This document shows, piece by piece, positions 1-13,031 of a stretch of 64,000 nucleotides of DNA. Below the pieces are notes generated by a model, which saw only the letters and a program-made list of their open reading frames with translations, made no database searches and had not been told where the DNA came from. Source of the DNA: Ruditapes philippinarum (taxonomy: Eukaryota); assembly GCF_026571515.1 (NCBI RefSeq), contig NW_026853736.1, positions 1 through 64,000 on the forward strand. The letters run 5' to 3'. A program made the position numbers and the translations under genes. Positions within the stretch are counted from its first letter, which is position 1. The number at the start of each line of letters is the position of its first letter.

Positions 1-631
1 AAAAAGCCACCGCTCCCCCTAATAATTGATAATATGAAAAGTTACAGACAATAAACTACATTATTCATTTCTTTTACATTATTCAGTTTTTTAAATTTAT
101 ATTACATATTATAACTTTTTATTTATGATTTTTAAAAGTGCATATTTAATAGTCTAAACATTAAAGATGTATTGAATAATATACAATTTTATATCATCTA
201 TTGTCAGTAAATCATTAATATTGAATTGATAAAAGGAAACCCTATTTATTTCACTTTATCATTTTCAGCAAACCAGATAACAGATTATAACAGTATGATG
301 TTCATATTTACCCACCATACTTTTATCATGGACTACTTTATTTTGACAGCTGATTATGTTATAGATAAAAACCAGTGTTTTTAAATCTTAATTTTTGGAT
401 TGAAAACTTCAGGAAATTGGCATAAAAAAAGACACTTCTTGTACAAGGTAACACTTCAAAACATTTATATTCTTATTATTTTATTTTTTCCTTACAAATG
501 CTGTACAATGTACTTGTTACATTTAATAGGTTAAAAAAGTTGAGTTTTTTATCTCAAAGAAACCAGGAAGAAAAAAGTGAATAACATTTTTTTTACACAG
601 CAGCCATTTTGTTTTGGTCAAGTTACCTTAA

Positions 632-1230
632 TTGCAGCGTGATACCCGAGTATTCCGAAAGATTGAAGCGTGCTCCATTATTTTGAAAGATTGTAGCTTA
701 CATCATTTTTGAAAGATTGTAGCTTGTGCCATTATTTTGGAAGATTATAGCTTGCACCATTATTTTGGAAAATTTTAGAGTGCAGGGGAGTTCCGGCAGA
801 TTGTTGTAATTTATGGAAAATTGTAGCGTGCAGGGGTGTTCCGGCAGATTGTTATAATTTATGGAAAATTGCAGCGTTTAGGGGTGTTCCGGCAGATTGT
901 TATAATTTATGGAAAATTGTAGCGTGTAAGGGTGTTCCGGCAGAATGTTGTAATTTATGGAAAATTGTAGCGTGTAGGGGTGTTCCGGCAGATTGTTGTA
1001 ATTTATAGAAAATTGTAGCGTGTAGGGGTGTTCCGGCAGATTGTTGTAATTTATAGAAAATTGTAGCGTGCAGGGGTGTTCCGGCAGATTGTTGTAATTT
1101 TTTGAAAATTGTAGCGTGCAGGGGTGTTCCGGAAGATCGTAGCTGGCACCATTATTTTGGAAAATTGTACCTTGTACTGTAACATTATTTTTAAAAAGAT
1201 GTAGATTGCGCAATTATTTTGGAAAATCTT
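632..1230. repeat. Satellite array: 28-bp units plus about 7 copies of a 48-bp (28+20) unit
   Basis: Repeats of GATTGTAGCTTGCACCATTATTTTGGAA, then TTGTAGCGTGCAGGGGTGTTCCGGCAGA-TTGTTGTAATTTATGGAAAA; same family as 22130-23790. Confidence 0.9.
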
Positions 1231-1526
1231 ATTACTAGTTTGATAACTGTACCTTACATTTGTTGTTGTTGTTATTGCAACATTATTATTAAAGTAAACC
1301 GTATTTCTGAACGAGTGCAACAGCATTATTGTAGGAACGATTGTTTATATACAATGTATTACTATTTCGGAAATCAACGACTAACATAAATATTTGAGAT
1401 ATTTGGATGTCACTTTTATTGGAAAGAAAAATTGTCTACGCCTGTAAGATCAAATCTTATTTATTCTTAAAAGTATTCAGTGTTGATATACCATTTTTCA
1501 TTATTTGACAAGATTAATATAAATGT

Positions 1527-2898
1527 TTAATTGTTTGATATCAAAACCCCTGTAAAACTTGTCAATCGTTCACCCCATAAACTTCCATCTGGAGGATATA
1601 TATGTTTAACCCAAACTTCATCTCCAATATTCATTTGAGTTGTCACAGTAACAGAACCTTGTGCATTCATTACAGTATTTCCTAGACCAAAGGCTTTCGC
1701 AAGGGGGGCACCATTTTTCGTTATCCGTGCATAGAGCTTTGTTCCAGACGTCACCACTGAAGTGGAAAAAAGATATATTCCGGCTTTTGGTGCAATAAAT
1801 AAACCATGTTGACTGTGGTAGCCTCCACCAACATTCAGAAGAATTGTCTCAAATTTGATATTTTCATTTGATCCAAGATGTGTAATATTGTGCTTATCAG
1901 ACACTGCATGGAATGCTACTGGACCTTCTATGTTTGCTACAAAACGTCCCTTACTCCGTCCTAATTGCTCATTTCTGTTTTGTATGTTCCATTCTCCATT
2001 ATTACCTGTTCTTTCGATGGATATAGACATGTTTTTAACCATTTGTTCACTAGATTTCTTGAATTCTAATGACTCTTTTTTCGTTTGTCTTTCATTTGCA
2101 TAAAAACTTGAGTAACTGGATGGTTTTCGGGTTTTATCAGATACTGTTGATTTAACTTGTAACAGTATTTTGTCTTTATCATTACTTGTAAATTGTAGTA
2201 AATTTCTGTTTTTCTCTGGCAACTTACTTAGGTCATGTTGAAGCTTAGTGGATCTTTTGTACTTTTCTTGTTGTGTATAAGAAAATTGTGTCGCGTCTTT
2301 CATGATGTTTTCAATAGTTTGATCCATGACTTGTATCTTTCTCTCCTGGTCAGCAATTGTTTTCGTCAAACGGTCAATTACTATGGATTTTTCTTTGTCT
2401 GAAATGTAAGTCATGAAGTTCTTCAGAGTAAAGGTAAATTGTGTAGGTGTATACATACAGCAAATTACCCTATCGACACTTAAATCTGTTGTCTATCTTT
2501 TTTATGTACAAATTACATTAATAATGATATATATAAATTTAAGGAAGCATTTCATAGACATTACAGTAGCATAGTGGGAAAATTCTGTCGCATAGGGGAA
2601 AAAAATTCATACATGTACTAAGCACTTAATCATGATCGTATTAAAATCATCCTCCATATTCAATTCACTTAATATGGCTATGAATGGAATCTAATTCTCC
2701 ATATGTAATCAAAAGATTTACTAAACAAATGAAAAAGATAATATGAAAACTATAAGTTAAATGTACCAATTTACCTCTTTTTTCGAGAGTTTCCATCCTT
2801 TGAATCAGAGTAATTGTTTCGGAGCCGTCATAACAAAAGGAAAATGGAAACAGCAAAAGCATAAGCAGAAAGGAGTTGATGGCGTTATTCGGTGCCAT
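1527..2898 (-). CDS. Secreted C1q-domain protein, copy A1; exons 2775-2898 and 1527-2398; 331 aa
   Basis: Exon 1 MAPNNAINSFLLMLLLFPFSFC (signal-peptide-like) ends AGA G|GTAAAT. Acceptor TTTCAG|AC restores the frame (phase 1). Coiled-coil heptads follow, then gC1q motifs VAFHA, FETILLNVGGGY, GLFIAPKAGIYLF, GDEVWV, TSFTGVLI. Confidence 0.92.
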
Positions 2899-3299
2899 TT
2901 TCTTGCTTGTATTGAAGTGGAAAAGAACACTTATCAATGCCATTTAATGTACAAGCTTTAATTCTATGTCTGATAAGACAATCTAAATTTGGATAAGTAT
3001 GAACTTACGTCGTGAATATTACGCCTACGACATTTTGTAATATGTCAAGAGAAGCAAATTTAAAAGAAAGAAATAAAAAGATAGTAAGAAAAATTAAATA
3101 AACAAAGAGATAATTATCTTCATGTATATATCACATTTTCAAATTCTTCGTTATGTTGTTGTTTTTTTTAAATTTCAATAAGACAATAAAGGAGCTGATT
3201 CAAATGTAAATATTGCAAGTGTAAAGTATTACACGTTCGTTTGTAATTAAGTATTGTTAATTAAACTAGACTGTGGTATCGTGTAATATAATTATGTAA

Positions 3300-4200
3300 A
3301 TCGGATTATGATGCAGCTTCGGAAATGTATCGTCTTTCTCTTGGCGTGTACTGGAAAGTTTAGCTACGTCTTTCGTGAGGTTTATAATAGTGAGTTCCAT
3401 GACTTGCATTTTTTTCCGCCTAGTCACCAAGTTGTTTAGTCAATCGCTCAATTACTATGGATTTTTCTTTGTCTAAAAAGTAAGCCATAAAATCCTCTAT
3501 TAAAGATAGGTAAATTGTCTAGTTGTTTACCAAAGTTTCTTAGTTTAAGCAAATTTATTTTGGCTCGATTGCTAAACAAGTTCTTGCAACTTATATTAAG
3601 CACAGTTGAGTCCGCTTCCTGGAACCAACCAGTAATGGTGTCATATGAGAAATCATAATCGTTACCCGAGTAGGGCTCGAATCCATGATCTCTGGGTTGA
3701 CAGGCAGACAAATTAACCGCTAGGCCACCCCTGCCATCCACAACTGCTTGTTCATGTCACCTAAAATGAAAATTGTATAAACTGCATACTTCACCAGGAG
3801 TAAGTCGCTTTAATTTGTTGCAATCAAATTTAAGACAGTATTTCATTAACAAAATTGTTGCTTAGTGGACAATGCATGTCACTGACATTTTAGTAATTTA
3901 TGGTAGCTATTGATGCTTTTGTACTTGATTATAATTATATTTAAATCCTCCTTTCAATTAAACTATATGGTTTACTTAAAATCTGACACTCAATATGTTA
4001 ACAAATTCAACACAACAGATACAAATGTTCTTCTAAGACGAAATAAATTAAACTTAAAGAATTGAACGTATCAACATACCTCTCGTTTCTAGGGCTACCA
4101 TCCTTTGAATCAAGGTCAAGGTCACGGGGTCGACATAGGAATAAGAAAATGGTAATATAAGAATCAGCAGAAAGAAGTCTAGAGTCTTACTTGGACCCAT
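3300..4200 (-). pseudogene. C1q-domain pseudogene, paralog of the gene at 38736-40296; exon 1 at 4080-4200, exon 2 remnant ~3300-3472
   Basis: Exon 1 is intact (MGPSKTLDFFLLILILPFSYSYVDPVTLTLIQRMVALETR|GTATG). Exon 2 reads DKEKSIVIERLTKQLGD, then TAG and a frameshift. Homology stops at ~3300, so the gC1q domain is absent. Confidence 0.85.
3543..3739 (-). mobile_element. tRNA-derived SINE in the intron of the C1q pseudogene
   Basis: Minus strand shows A-box TGGCCTAGCGG and B-box-like GGATTCGAGCCC, then body CTGGTTGGTTCCAGGAAGCGGACTC (resembles the bivalve Meta-SINE core, from memory). A second copy sits at the equivalent intron position, 39644-39839. Confidence 0.75.
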
Positions 4201-6025
4201 TGTCTTACTTGCGTGAGACAGTAGTTTAATAGATATGAATGGTTCGTTTCAAAATTGTTACAGATTTACCCTTTGGCAAGGATTCTCTTTTATGTATTTG
4301 ATGTTATTATGTGATTTTGAACATTTATAGCTAAACTGTTTTGGAATTATATACACAAAGTAAATTGTAAATGGATAGGTTATTTCTTTTCAGTGGACTG
4401 ATCATTTCAATTTTGTTTAATTTAACTGCAACATTTGTGACACGAAACTAGTTAACTTGATCTATAGTTTTAATTTTCAGCATGCTTCAGAATCTACCCA
4501 CGTGACCAGTGCATACCAAGATCAGCCGGTACAACATTATTGTTTGATAATGGTCTGCACTGTTTTTTATTTAGCCAGTACTAATTAAAAAAAATTCCCT
4601 GAAAGTGATTTTTGTACGGATACGTCAAAAACATTACATGTAGTGTTTAAAAACACGCAACAAATACAACTTCCAGTAAAATAAAGCTGCAGTTGTCAAT
4701 TAAAGAAAATGGATTGTAAAATGATTATACCTCGCCTTTCTTATATTCCTCTTTTTGCAGGACTACCAACAAGAGAAAAAACAAAGCAAATTTAAAAAAA
4801 AAACGTACATTGCTTTTCTAAGATTAAATGATCGCATTATATGGATTATTATATTATACTTTAATGAAAATTTCGAACTTCTAATATAACATACTTCAAT
4901 GAAGTCACATTGTCATTTAAAATTTATTTTCATATATCATGAGTGAAATTTCATTTTAACACTCATACAATGTAAGCTGTGAGAATAATAAATTTATACA
5001 AGCTTGTAACCAATTCTGAAAACTGCTTTAAACTGTAGTTCAAATTTTTGGCTTGAAACTGGCGCCATAATTGTCAATTGAAGAAAAAGTTCAGATTTAC
5101 GCCAAAATAATTGCAATATAAACATATTTAAGTAGGATTTTGCCTTCCGTACTCCCGGTTGATGTAATAACGACTTTTAAATCATGGCGTAGGTCAGGTT
5201 ATATAAGAAAACGAAATAGCTTGCAAATGAAGTCCGCTCGTATACAAGCAACTTTCAAGGTTATGCAAAGTCTTTGATGAAACGGCTCATATACTGAAGG
5301 AAAGACACTATTCTATGACAAGCTTATATTTTTCTTCAAAGAATGGTGCATATCCCAAAGAAATCGGTGCAGAAATAAAGTACTTACTGCTTTTTTCCTT
5401 TTCGAATCGAGCAATATTTGTCTTGGAAATGATGCCGAAAATGACGTCCAGGTCACGTGATATTGCTACACTGTAATTATGACATTCAAACTTTAAAATA
5501 TTTTGTGTGCAAGCGACTTAAGTTCATTCAACGTCAGCAGCCATTTTGAAAGTCACTAACAGTTGATTACGTCATTCTGCACGTGCGCTCATTCACTCGC
5601 CCATTGTGGAAAAATAATGCCGAGTATCAATGCGGCCAAAATTGCATAATGACATAGATCTTGCCATAATGGCCCTGAAATACCCTAGATTTTGTTACTA
5701 TATATAGTAACTTAATATCTAAGTATGTAATTTTGCTGTTTTAATGGTTCTGATATGGATCACTTTATGCCCATTAATGTATATATATGAGTTTTCAAGT
5801 TGTGATGCTTTGTCAAATATGTACGTCGTATTAGGCTCCACCTAAATATTTCACGCATAGTGAACTGCTTGGCAGACTACGGTCAAATTAAATCAAGTCT
5901 TAATCTATACAATCTTAAAATATTTACATGTATAAAGTAGGGCCATTCACTGACCATTTAACCAAAAGTTTCTTACAGCAGTAGTCATAAAATGCTAAAT
6001 GCACTTGTGTTCATGTTCGATTACT

Positions 6026-6168
6026 GAACGTTGGTGGTTCTACTCTGGTGCCCGTTTGTGTCTGAATTAAAGCACAGAGAAAAACCTGAGGTCTTTTTCC
6101 ACCAGTAAAACTTGAAAGTCGCCATATGACCCATACTGTGCTGAGTACAAAGTAAAAACCAACCAAAA
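6026..6168 (+). mobile_element. 5'-truncated SINE body
   Basis: GTTGGTGGTTCTAC..GTGCCCG..CACCAG..GAAAGTCGCCATATGACC..AAAACCAACCAAAA; duplicated at 11710-11853. Resembles a common mollusc SINE (recalled, not searched). Confidence 0.6.
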
Positions 6169-6860
6169 GAAATCTCGAAAATAACTTTACTTCAATCATA
6201 TTTGATTATATTATAATGAATCGGCACAGTTTATAAAACGTTGATCGTACAATATAGTATTTATTTATTAATAAAGTATCATCTTTACATTATACATATA
6301 TATAAAACATTAAAAGACTGTTTATTTCTAAGGGGGGCAATTCCACATTTTGCAGATTTGTCTCCCTAAACTACACGCATTGCATATATCAATATCATTC
6401 CTCATTGTTATATTTAAAAACATGACATCAATAAATTGTAAAAGATAACAATGATTTGGCAAATCAATCAGTCAGTAAACATAGAAAAACAACAAAAATA
6501 AACAAACAAACAAGAATAAATGCTGCGTTAATGTTAGAAAGGGTTATTCAATATTATATACATATTCGAAAATGATTTACAAAAAAGCGTCGTTTTACAA
6601 GACGATGTTTAAAAAATTACACCAAGGGTTTGCAAAAATATATACATATTCAACTGAATACATAATTCTACACCTTACATGCTACATTTGAATATGCAAA
6701 CAACAATTGGCCCTTTTAATGACAGCGTATCAACCCTGGTACTAGCGGATTAAGGGCCATTTTTCAAAATGTGCAAAAATCAAGGTTGTTCAGTTGGAAT
6801 TTTAGTGCCATTTATTCCTTAGTTTACTTGGGGAAACTATTCGACAAACTATGTATTTTC

Positions 6861-6932
<72 letters not shown>

Positions 6933-6952
6933 AATGATGATGATAATGATAA
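6861..6952. repeat. (AAT)n microsatellite
   Basis: About 23 perfect AAT units followed by a GAT/AAT mix. Confidence 0.97.
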
Positions 6953-8302
6953 TAAAAAGAAGTAAAAAAAAACATGTACATACAAACATAACAAAACTAT
7001 ATACAGAGCTTCCAAAAAACTAAGTTTCAAAACAAAACAAGAATCGGCCAGGACCTATATTTATATATTTATATACACAGCGATTCAAGTATTGTTTAAA
7101 GTTTAACATAGATAATATAATGTGTAGACATTAGTTAATAAATTAAAACTTAAAAATATATTCAAAAAATTTGAAGCAGCTTTGCTTTTAGTTTTAAATA
7201 ATCTTTTCAAGAGAAGCAAATATGCATATTGCCGTTTCGTGGCTTAGTTTCGTTGTCTCCCTTAAGTCATAGATGTCATGAAAATAAACATGCTTATGTT
7301 TTCTTTCATTCCATTAAGCCAATCATAAATATTGTAAATCATAATTAATATCCTTCATGGATAATAGATAAATAAGCACGACAATATAGTATTGGCTACA
7401 ACAGGTTCACTTTAATGCATTATTACATGAATATACATTCATACATATCGACGACACTCAAAAAGTCACTTTAAACTAATGTGAAGTGTATCTGTCTTCA
7501 TATCAGCATATAATCATTTAAAAAGTCCCATGTCGTCGATCCGAATATTCCAAAAATTGTGGTTCCATGTAAATCCAAGTCACTGTATGGCACACACAAA
7601 TAAAGGAATAATCTCAAAAACTTATTCAAACTTAGCATTCTTCTCGCAATCGTAATCAAATGACAACAAAGTAGTAAAGACCAATGATAAAACAAATTAC
7701 ATTAAACCAGTAATGGACATAATAAGACCTAATTACGGATGCATTAAATAAATGGGGACATTATGGGAAATAATTTGACATCAAAGTAGCAAAAATAAAA
7801 AAATCCGAAAATTCCGATAACATAACTGTGAAAAATAGTTAGGGAATCAATTGCTTAGACATCACTGTTATGTAAACTAGTAGTACAAATATACGTATGC
7901 ACATGTACAAACATGCATGTACACTGAGTATATACCCAGTTTGTATTTTCTATTCACTAGGTAAAATGTGAAATGCAAATTAAGAAAATTGCTGTTTTTA
8001 AAGCTATGGATATCATAAAATTTCTTTAAATGTATGGAAAAACAAGAAAGAGAAGAATTTCATAAGACACTATTCTTTCATTCCTTCATTCTAATTCTGT
8101 TTTAAAGACATTTGAAATGCTTTACTTTGTGTATATTGTAAATTGAAACAGTCATGAATATACTCTGAGATATAAAATATGCTTAAACTAACAACAAGAA
8201 CAACACTATGATGTAATCATCAATGCACAGTATCTGTAATATGCAATGCTTTAATTTAAGCTAGTACAATACAACAATGAAAAAACTCAATGGCGAAAGG
8301 TA

Positions 8303-10093
8303 TCAAGTATTCACATATAATTTCCAACGTTTTGTATTTTTTCTGTTTACAACTGCAAATTTTGCGACTCCGGTTATTATGATTTGATATTGCTTAACTT
8401 TGAATTTTTGCAGTTTTCGATCACCTTTTAACGAATTTGTAATAGCAACAAACGAGTAAGATCGTGAGACACAGATTTGCCAGGGCGATTCCATACCTAT
8501 CTTGTGCGATGATAAGATTTGGCCTGTTAGAGATATTTGAACAATGCCGTGTGTCCCTCCACAGCAAACCAAGATAGTGTCAGAAGGACCAGTCGCTACA
8601 CCACATGGTCTCTGTATCTGATCATCCTTCACTTCGACTCTCGTTTTTGTCTTGATATCATATATGTTCACAGTATTTTCATATCTTTCTGTAATAATAA
8701 TCTTGTTGCAAGTTTCTATAAACGTACAAGCACTTGCGTTTATAGAAAACATTTTGTTCGGAAAGGTAACATTTAAGTCTTTTTCTTCACCCGAAGAAGA
8801 TACAATGCGAACATGCCTCAGATCTTTCAAAGTTCCTGCAATAAAGTGATTCTTGTCTTTAAGACATATAGAGTAATACATTGTGTTAACTTTACAAGTT
8901 TTGTCTAAAGTTATTTCATTTTCGTCACTTACTTTCAAAAAATCTATTTTGTAACAATCACCGCTTGTTACTGCCACAATATCTTCAGATATAGCAACAA
9001 CATCCTTAGGATGATATGATAACTGATATGATCCTACTTTTTCAAGGTTCTCATTGTACACTAAGCATTTCTTGTTTTTATTATCCACGGCAACTAGTCT
9101 ACCATCGAGTAGAAAATCAAATCCTGTACACAATGGTTTCTCAGCTTCATCCTCATTTTGCTTCAAATCTATGGAAATGACTGGCGTAAGCTTCATTTTT
9201 TTAGCTTCTAACTTCAAGGTGAGTTTACCTGGTACATAACCAGAAAGCGGCAGTAGTGACACATTCAATGTGTCATCAAATTCGAAAGAAATAATCACCG
9301 TTTCTAAGTTCTGACACTCTGCATTGACTTTGGTGACGAGATTTTTGGCATCTTCCTGCATTTTCTTTTCTACAATAAATTGCTGGACAGACGTTCCATT
9401 TTTATACACGTTTTTAATGATTTCAAGGTTTTGTGTTGCGTCAACTACGTATCCCTCATTCTTTGTTTGCTTCTTATCAAATTCTGCAATAGTCTCTGTC
9501 TTAAAATCCTCAACTTTCTCAACAATAGAAGCCTCCAAATCTTCAAACATTTCAATAACTCTGTCTCGCATATGCCTTATCGTTCCGTGTATTTCTTTAG
9601 CATCAAGTTGAACTTGTCCTTTTGACGAGATAATCGATTTTACAAGATACTCAGCATTCTCTTTTACTTCTTGCCATTTTCCCTTTAAGCTTGAACCTTG
9701 AGAGGTAAATTTTCCGGCGATTTTCTGTACTTCTACAACACTGTGACATTTACGGTGATCAACAATAGCACAAGTACTGCAGCAAAGCTGGTCATCATCT
9801 TCACAGAAGAATTCTAGAAGTTTGTGATGCTGATCGCATTGATCTAATCCTTTCATATCAAACATGCATTGTTTCGCTTTTATTTCTTTAGTGTTCACTA
9901 ATTTGTGACTTTTCAAGATGGGAAGTATGGAATGTACATTTGAACAATCTGTACACTGGTATTCATTGCAAGTTGAACAAAATTTATCTGCTACAATATG
10001 TTTATCCTTATTTAAACATGGCTGACACAATATTTCCTCTACGCGCCCAGGGACTGCATCATGCCGTGTATTTTTATTACCACTTTCCGCCAT
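8303..10093 (-). CDS. Intronless RING-less TRIM-like protein: two B-boxes, coiled coil, NHL-like beta-propeller
   Basis: Likely start MAESG (AAAATGGCG, shared with the paralog). B-box1 CQPC..FCSTCNEYQCTDCSNVH..H; B-box2 CDQHHKLLEFFCEDDDQLCCSTCAIVDHRKC; helical region; propeller blades DGRLVAVD, PCGVATGPSDTILVC. Confidence 0.88.
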   Translation of the reverse strand: MAESGNKNTRHDAVPGRVEEILCQPCLNKDKHIVADKFCSTCNEYQCTDCSNVHSILPILKSHKLVNTKEIKAKQCMFDMKGLDQCDQHHKLLEFFCEDDDQLCCSTCAIVDHRKCHSVVEVQKIAGKFTSQGSSLKGKWQEVKENAEYLVKSIISSKGQVQLDAKEIHGTIRHMRDRVIEMFEDLEASIVEKVEDFKTETIAEFDKKQTKNEGYVVDATQNLEIIKNVYKNGTSVQQFIVEKKMQEDAKNLVTKVNAECQNLETVIISFEFDDTLNVSLLPLSGYVPGKLTLKLEAKKMKLTPVISIDLKQNEDEAEKPLCTGFDFLLDGRLVAVDNKNKKCLVYNENLEKVGSYQLSYHPKDVVAISEDIVAVTSGDCYKIDFLKVSDENEITLDKTCKVNTMYYSICLKDKNHFIAGTLKDLRHVRIVSSSGEEKDLNVTFPNKMFSINASACTFIETCNKIIITERYENTVNIYDIKTKTRVEVKDDQIQRPCGVATGPSDTILVCCGGTHGIVQISLTGQILSSHKIGMESPWQICVSRSYSFVAITNSLKGDRKLQKFKVKQYQIIITGVAKFAVVNRKNTKRWKLYVNT

Positions 10094-11709
10094 TTTGTTT
10101 AGTATATACTGACAATTATTAAATGTACACCATAACAAGACCTATATGATAATAACTATGCTACATAGATTTAACCTTTAAAGATTAACTATTTGACTGA
10201 TAATACCGATTTTGTTGTACTTTACACCCGTGATAAAATTTATGCATTCATAAGATTTGATTAAGATTCAGGTGCGGATACCCATTTTATTTTTGGCCAG
10301 ATAATGGGTAGATTTAACAAGTTCTTACATTAACTTCGATTCTCGTCACGCGGATCATATACATGTACATTATTGTACCCTGTAATATATAGTATGATTT
10401 TTGTTCCGTCGTATTGTTTTAAAGAAGATTATTTATGTATTTTGTTTCAAAAGAAAGATTGCATTTGTTCAAATAATTTACAGATACAAATTAAGAGACG
10501 GATAATGAAGTAGTTCCAAAAATGACATACCAAATGCATTTTTATACGTTGTCATATTCAGACAGCTTGATCCATTTGTTTGTGTAATTGTACTATTTCA
10601 CTAAATGATAACTTATTCCTAGTGCAATGTGCAAACTCATTTCGTGCGTATTGTTACTCGACTGGAGAAAGCTATTAAATAAAAGGTGCCGAGAAAAGCT
10701 TTCAATTTTGAAACATTGTTGTAATCCAGTGCATTCTCGCCCATTAACTAGTACATATACTAAAAAATCGACAGTTTTACTTTGAATGTAGATTTTTCTG
10801 CGAAAAATTATGATGTATAAATGAATATAGACAAGCCTTACAAGGATTCATGATAATCTAATGGCATTAAAGAACTACCTTCCTATTGGCGTTGAAGAAC
10901 AACCTTTTTCTTTCTTATCAATTCCTTATAAAAATTCACGACACCGATCTATGTAATAACTTTCCTTGATATTATTACATATAATACGATTTCAATTGCG
11001 CCTTTCTCATTGCGATATTGAACTTAGCTCAGTTATCAATGTGTTGCAGTGGACAGGCAAAGAAGTGATTTCTGCGCGGATACGCCAAAACATTACATGT
11101 AGTGTTTAAAAACTACGTAACGAATACAACTTCCAGTGAAATAAAGCTGCAGTTGTAAATTAATAAAGATGGTATGATATTTTGTATTGTAAATTGATTA
11201 TATCTCGACTTTCTCATATTCCTTCTTTTGCAGGGCTACCAATAAGAGAACAAAGCAAAACAAATTTAAATGCTAAAGTAAACATACATTGCTTTTCTAA
11301 GATTAAATGATCGCATTATATAAATTATAATCTTATACTTTTATGAAAATTTCGAACTTCTAATATAACATGCTTAAGTTCAATGAAGGCACATTGTCAT
11401 TAAAAATTTATTCCCTTATATAATGTGTGAAATGTCATAGTAACACACATACAATGTAAGCTATGACAATGATAAATTTATACCAGCTTTACCCCTGTAC
11501 TCTAGGCATTTTCTGTTCCACCTAAATATTTTGCTAATCGCAAAGTGAACTTCTTGGCAGACTACGGTCAAATTAATGCAAGTCTCAATTTATACAATCT
11601 TAAAATATTTACATGTATAAAGTAGGGCCATTCACAGGCCATTTAACCAAAAGTTTCTTACAGCAGTTGTCATAAAATGCTATATGCACTTGTGTTCATT
11701 TTCGATTAA

Positions 11710-11853
11710 TGAACGTTGGTGGTTCTACTCCGATGCCTGTTTGTGTCTGAAATAATGCACAGAGAGGCACCTGAGGTCTTTCTCCACCAGTAAAATTGGA
11801 AAGTCGCCATATGACCCATACTGTGCTGAGTACGACTTAAAACTCAACCAAAA
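11710..11853 (+). mobile_element. 5'-truncated SINE body, duplicate of 6026-6168
   Basis: Same motif string, including GAGGCACCTGAGGTCTTTCTCCACCAG..GGAAAGTCGCCATATGACC. Confidence 0.6.
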
Positions 11854-12319
11854 TAAATCTCGAAAATAACTTTACTTCAATCATATTTGATTATATGCAT
11901 ACTATAATGAATCCACGCAGTTTATAAAACATTGTTCGTACAATATAGTATTTATTTATCATTAAAATATCATCTATACATTACACACATATATATAAGA
12001 CATAAAACACATGAATTCTAAGACTGTTTATTTCTAAGGGGGGGGGGGGGCAATTCCACAAACCTTACCACAGCAGTTATTTAAAAACATAACATCAATA
12101 TTTTGTACAAGATTACAATAATACGACAAATCAATCAGTCAGTAAACATAGAAAAACAACAAGAACAAAGGCTGCGAATTTTCAAAAGGGTTCTTTAATG
12201 TTACATATTCGAAAATTATATACAAAAAAGTGTCGTTTACAACAGCAGTACCCCCGACGAAGTTTAAAATATACACCAATGGTTTGCAAAAATATATGCA
12301 TATTTACAAAAATATATCT

Positions 12320-13031
12320 TGTTGTAGTTTAAGCAAGGCACCTGGTTAAGGTTTGATTTAATGATTAAGTTTGTATGGGGATTGAGACCTCATTTGTTGT
12401 AATTATTTATTACTATAAATCTGTTGGGGCTAGACTGTGTATCAGTCTGGGAGATTTTAGTTTGGTAACTCTGTCAACAGTTACTTGCATAAATAATGGA
12501 CAAGAGGTCTGCAATTGTTGTGTTTAGGGAACTCAATCATTGGTTATCATCATAAATATTCCGGGAATCAGTCTGTTTCTCTTGATCAACACTTGTCGTC
12601 ATAAATATATAGAAGGCTTAGATTTGTCAATTAACACTAAGGTAACCTCCAAATATGGAGAGTCAAGGTATTTCATATAAATACTGGGACAAGATTTTCT
12701 AGGGGCAGTCTAGATTGAAGATTGAAGAACAAGATTCAATATGCAATAGTAAGATTGTAAGAGTTAGAGTCAAGATTCAGGATTCGAGATTGAAGTTTCA
12801 AGAATGAGATCTTAAGAGTTAGATATAAAATTCTCAGTGACTTATCACCAATGTGTGAGGAAGAAAAACTCTGTAACTTTAAATATTAATTGTAGATTAG
12901 AAATTTAGGACACTTTCAAATAAATAAATGGTGAAATGAAACGGAAAACAGTTATTGTTTATTTTATGCAAATATGTGAAATTACGGAACTAGTAGAAAT
13001 TATAAATTACAAGAGAGAAGAATTTATAACA
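12320..13031. mobile_element. Probable solo LTR (~712 bp)
   Basis: Absent from the paralogous block near 6650. Termini TGTTGTA...TATAACA (TG..CA with short inverted repeat); internal AATAAA; flanked by a ~26-bp direct repeat. Confidence 0.6.

Noticed and set aside
878-1326. Repetitive ORFs (NYNNLPEHPYTLQFSI)n
   Set aside because: Translation of the 48-bp satellite; not preserved in the duplicate block.
2399-2456. ORF-track start MYTPTQ.. (also 25015 and 39590) as the true N-terminus
   Set aside because: Intronic; a conserved phase-1 acceptor and an upstream signal-peptide exon explain the structure better.
6771-7030. Poly-Asn and poly-Leu ORFs
   Set aside because: Translation of the (AAT)n microsatellite.
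8537-10122. Plus-strand ORFs over the TRIM-like gene (similar ones over C1q and TSR exons)
   Set aside because: Antisense shadows of real coding sequence.
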